From Candidatus Omnitrophota bacterium (lineage in GTDB: Bacteria; Hinthialibacterota; Hinthialibacteria; OLB16), in contig JAJDBZ010000129.1 of the NCBI GenBank assembly GCA_029261095.1, positions 1 to 47,068 on the forward strand: a stretch of 47,068 nt of DNA, read 5' to 3'. Below the pieces are notes generated by a model. It saw nothing but the letters and a program-made list of their open reading frames with translations, did not search any database and was not told the DNA's origin. The translations under genes and the position numbers were made by a program. Positions within the stretch are counted from its first letter, which is position 1. Each line of letters opens with the position of its first letter. Below are positions 44,177 to 47,068 of the stretch, one piece after another.

Positions 44177-45679
44177 TCAATCCCCGATCTGAATATCCAG
44201 ATTCTTCATCAGTCTTGAGAGGTTGGGTTGCTTGATCCCCAGGCGTTTGGCGGCTTTGGTTTGGTTTTCGCCCTCTAGGCGGAGGGCGCGGAGGACCAGC
44301 CGGGATTTGAATTCGTCGACCGCCTCGGAGAGAGGGAGCTCATCGATAGGGTCTTGCGCCTGAACCGGCTTCCCTTGCTCCAGCTGGAAATCGTCCGGCC
44401 CCAACACCTCATCTTGAGCCAACACAATGGCACGTTCGACTACATTGGAAAGCTGGCGAACATTCCCAGGCCAGTGATAGGTTGTCAACTTCCGAATCGC
44501 CTCTTCGGACACTTCAACTGTGGGGACACCCAGTTCGCGCGTCGCCTTATTTACGAAGAAGGGGACGAGTTCGCGAATGTCTTCTAGTCGATCTCGGAGG
44601 GGCGGAAGGTGGATCGTGACTACATTCAGCCTGTAGTACAGGTCCTCACGAAATTTATGATCGGCCACAGCCTTTTCCAGGTCCCTGTTGGTCGCGGCGA
44701 TAACCCGAATATCCGACTTAATACTGGTGGTTCCCCCCACCCGATCAAATTCGTGTTCCTGTAAGACTCGTAGCAGCTTGGTCTGGATAGTCGGTCCAAT
44801 GTCCCCAATCTCATCAAGGAAAACACTTCCGCCGTTGGCGATTTCAAATTTCCCCTTCTTCTGCGCGACCGCACCGGTAAAGGAACCTTTCTCATGGCCA
44901 AAAAGTTCGCTCTCTAATAACTCGGGAGAGAGAGCGACCGAGTTCACCACCATCAGCGCTTGATCCGACCGCGGGCTCCAATTATGAATGGCCCGTGCGA
45001 ACACTTCTTTCCCAGTCCCGCTTTCGCCGCGTAATAGAACAGTCGATTTTGTTCTCGCCACGCGCTGAGCAAGATCGATGACTTCCCGAATCGCGGGAGA
45101 GGAACCGATGAGGGTGCGGAACTGAGAATCGAGTTCCTGACGATACGCATCCTTCTCCATGGTGACTCGCGCGTGAGTTTGAGCGTTGCGCAGGGCGACC
45201 GATGCTTGAGAGGCGAACGCCTCCAGGAGCCTGAGATCGTCTTCCCCGAAACCCTCTGGTCGCCGGGAGTTAATCGCCTCGATCGCCCCGAGTATATGAC
45301 CCTGAAGTTCCATGGGTGCACAGATAATGGATCGCGTTTGAAAGTCGGCTTTCTGGTCGATGCCTGAATAAAAGCGTTCATCGGTCGCGGGATCGTTGAC
45401 AATGACCGATTCCTTTTTGGTAACCACCCAACCGACAATACCCTGGTCAGGTTGAAGCTTAGTTTCAAGAAGTTCTTCGCTGCCACCCTTAATCGTATGA
45501 AAGATGAGTTCGCCGGTGCTCGGGTCGACGGTCAGTAAACTGCACCCTTCAGCGTCGAACAAATCGCAAATCGCAGTGAGGATGGTGGACAACAGCTCCC
45601 GGGAGTCCAGGGTGCGGCAGATCATCCGATCCACTTCGATCCACCGCTCGAGGCTCTGGTGCGATGGGTTCGATGACAT
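44177..45679 (-). CDS. Sigma-54-dependent transcriptional activator with N-terminal GAF domain (GAF-AAA+-Fis HTH)
   Basis: Walker A LLRGESGTGKEVFARAIH. GSFTGA loop (GAFTGA variant). GGSVFLDEIGD. C-terminal HTH NQTKAAKRLGIKQPNLSRLMK. ATG 45679 is preferred (the track start is 45727). Confidence 0.9.
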   Translation of the reverse strand: MSSNPSHQSLERWIEVDRMICRTLDSRELLSTILTAICDLFDAEGCSLLTVDPSTGELIFHTIKGGSEELLETKLQPDQGIVGWVVTKKESVIVNDPATDERFYSGIDQKADFQTRSIICAPMELQGHILGAIEAINSRRPEGFGEDDLRLLEAFASQASVALRNAQTHARVTMEKDAYRQELDSQFRTLIGSSPAIREVIDLAQRVARTKSTVLLRGESGTGKEVFARAIHNWSPRSDQALMVVNSVALSPELLESELFGHEKGSFTGAVAQKKGKFEIANGGSVFLDEIGDIGPTIQTKLLRVLQEHEFDRVGGTTSIKSDIRVIAATNRDLEKAVADHKFREDLYYRLNVVTIHLPPLRDRLEDIRELVPFFVNKATRELGVPTVEVSEEAIRKLTTYHWPGNVRQLSNVVERAIVLAQDEVLGPDDFQLEQGKPVQAQDPIDELPLSEAVDEFKSRLVLRALRLEGENQTKAAKRLGIKQPNLSRLMKNLDIQIGD

Positions 45680-45783
45680 GATAACCTTTTTCCATTGAGG
45701 AAAAACGGGAAACAGCGCCTCCGCCAATCAGATAAAAACCGGGGTTGCTTGATCTCAATCCTGGAGATTTGGGATACCCCTGA

Positions 45784-47068
45784 ATGATGAAGAGTCTAGT
45801 GCCGCTTTTCCAGATATTAAAGGGCTTTATCTCAGTTCTTTCCTTATCCCCTGTCCATCGGGGTTCGGCAGTCTTTCTGGCGGTCGCAATCACCTGTCAA
45901 ATCAGTATTGGCGAAACAATCCACATCACTCCCAAGAATGGGGTTCCATCGGCATGGGAACTGGTTTCTGTCGAACCCGATCGGATCGTTGTTCGTAAGG
46001 GCGGCGCTCGCTTCGAGTTCTCACGCGACCAGATCGAACGGGTTTCAAATCCCGAGGTCGCTAGGTTGGTGGAAACCGCGCAGAAACTCCTGGTCGAAGT
46101 CGACAAACACAGTCCCGATACCTTCCCCAAACTGGAAACAGATTTGGAGAAGGTTCATCCCGGTCTCGTACGCGCTGCAAAACATTTCAGTTGGGTGATT
46201 CCCGAACTAACCGAAACCCGGGACCGAGTTGCCCAGGCCAAAGCGGATATATCGAAAACCTTAGATTTGACAGGAGAGTTTCAAGAGGATCTGGCCGCGA
46301 TCGAGAAGATGGCCCAGGCGCGATCGCCCGTTGCATCGAATTGGGAGGAAGTCGTTGAGAACACTTTCAAAAAGGCGAAGGAGATTCCGTTTGAGGACAT
46401 TCGGACAGAGGTTGTTTCAGACATCGAAAGTTTCCGAAGAACCATCCGGCTGAGCTTGGTCCGTCGGACCGAAGAGACTGAAAACAGAGTCCGTGAGCGC
46501 GGTCAAAGTTTGCTCGAAAGACTGGAAAGGGGCGAAATCGATCCTGGCCAGTGGGCGGTTTTTCTCCGGGATCTCCGGCGCCAAGTTGCAGAGCAAGTCC
46601 CAGATGCAGACCTTCGTCTTGAACTCGAAGCATTCCTGAATGAAATCGAGCAGGATTCCGCGGAGAAAGTGGTCATCGCTGAAGAGAAGATCGCCCATCG
46701 GAACATTCAAAAGTCATTGGATCAGATCCAAAGTTTGGTATTGGATACGACTCAAACCGAAAACTTCATGGCCGAAGCGGAATCGCTTTCCTCGCAGATC
46801 GCGGACCTTCCGGATTCATCCACAAAACAGGAGCTGCAAGAAACCCTCGGTTTTTACCAATCAGACCATACCGAAGCACTCGCTCAGATGCGGCGTGCCC
46901 AGCAACCCGATCAAATACCCGCTCAAAAACCAGACACCACGAACGGGGGATCAAAGGATCAATCAGGGGCCAACCCAGATTGGTTACTCATAGGAGGAGG
47001 CGCAGGAGGTTTGGGCCTTTTGGTTCTCATCCTGCTCTTCTTCAAGAAGAAGAAAGGCCCGCGGGCGG
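45784..47068 (+). CDS. Hypothetical coiled-coil protein with signal-like N-terminus and C-terminal TM anchor (open at window edge)
   Basis: Not in the ORF track because there is no stop before the window end. My translation from ATG 45784 is MMKSLVPLFQILKGFISVLSLSPVHRGSAVFLAVAITCQISIGETIHITPKNG...LLIGGGAGGLGLLVLILLFFKKKKGPRA with no in-frame stop over 428 codons. Confidence 0.6.
   Translation, partial: MMKSLVPLFQILKGFISVLSLSPVHRGSAVFLAVAITCQISIGETIHITPKNGVPSAWELVSVEPDRIVVRKGGARFEFSRDQIERVSNPEVARLVETAQKLLVEVDKHSPDTFPKLETDLEKVHPGLVRAAKHFSWVIPELTETRDRVAQAKADISKTLDLTGEFQEDLAAIEKMAQARSPVASNWEEVVENTFKKAKEIPFEDIRTEVVSDIESFRRTIRLSLVRRTEETENRVRERGQSLLERLERGEIDPGQWAVFLRDLRRQVAEQVPDADLRLELEAFLNEIEQDSAEKVVIAEEKIAHRNIQKSLDQIQSLVLDTTQTENFMAEAESLSSQIADLPDSSTKQELQETLGFYQSDHTEALAQMRRAQQPDQIPAQKPDTTNGGSKDQSGANPDWLLIGGGAGGLGLLVLILLFFKKKKGPRA

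Overview
This is a 47-kb, gene-dense, chromosomal-looking segment from a flagellated bacterium that I cannot place taxonomically from sequence alone. I recognise about 40 protein genes. I found no rRNA, tRNA, CRISPR array, transposase, integrase or reverse transcriptase.

Gene layout:
- Left edge (minus strand): the flagellar basal-body operon flgB-flgC-fliE-[unknown 192 aa]-fliF-fliG. fliG runs off the window.
- Next come a ROK kinase, then a secreted Thr/Pro-linker protein divergent from a GT-C membrane glycosyltransferase, then a PAS hybrid histidine kinase.
- A 4-gene minus-strand operon follows: Zn-ribbon/T2SSE_N protein, M20 dipeptidase, TPR-like lipoprotein, 615-aa secreted protein. It is divergent from a GAF-GAF-GGDEF cyclase that is translationally coupled to hisH-hisA.
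- Then an anchored SNase nuclease, a secreted amidohydrolase plus a ligand-less paralog, and a GT87/DUF2029-like GT-C protein converging on a 1282-aa secreted repeat protein.
- Then a PhyH dioxygenase and a six-hairpin glycosidase-like gene bracketed by decayed YD/RHS repeat relics.
- Then an FdhF/YdeP-type molybdoenzyme plus DUF3095, a third TP-linker secreted protein, and a ceramidase-like protein.
- Then an SppA / secreted protein / Gfo-Idh-MocA operon and a second, divergent Gfo-Idh-MocA gene.
- Finally a PIN toxin module with an interrupted antitoxin and a coupled membrane protein, a GAF sigma-54 activator, and a tail-anchored coiled-coil protein open at the right edge.

Best candidates for undescribed biology:
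- (a) An SctJ/FliF-N-like two-RBM protein inserted between fliE and fliF.
- (b) A family of three secreted proteins sharing signal peptide, globular part, Thr/Pro linker and a single dockerin-like C-terminal tag. Two of them sit next to GT-C glycosyltransferases, which suggests a possible O-glycosylation/anchoring system.
- (c) The Zn-ribbon-acidic-T2SSE_N operon opposite a diguanylate cyclase.
- (d) DUF3095, with cyclase-like metal motifs, beside YdeP.
- (e) The PIN / truncated antitoxin / membrane protein triad.

All family calls come from motif recognition by eye. No database search was run.
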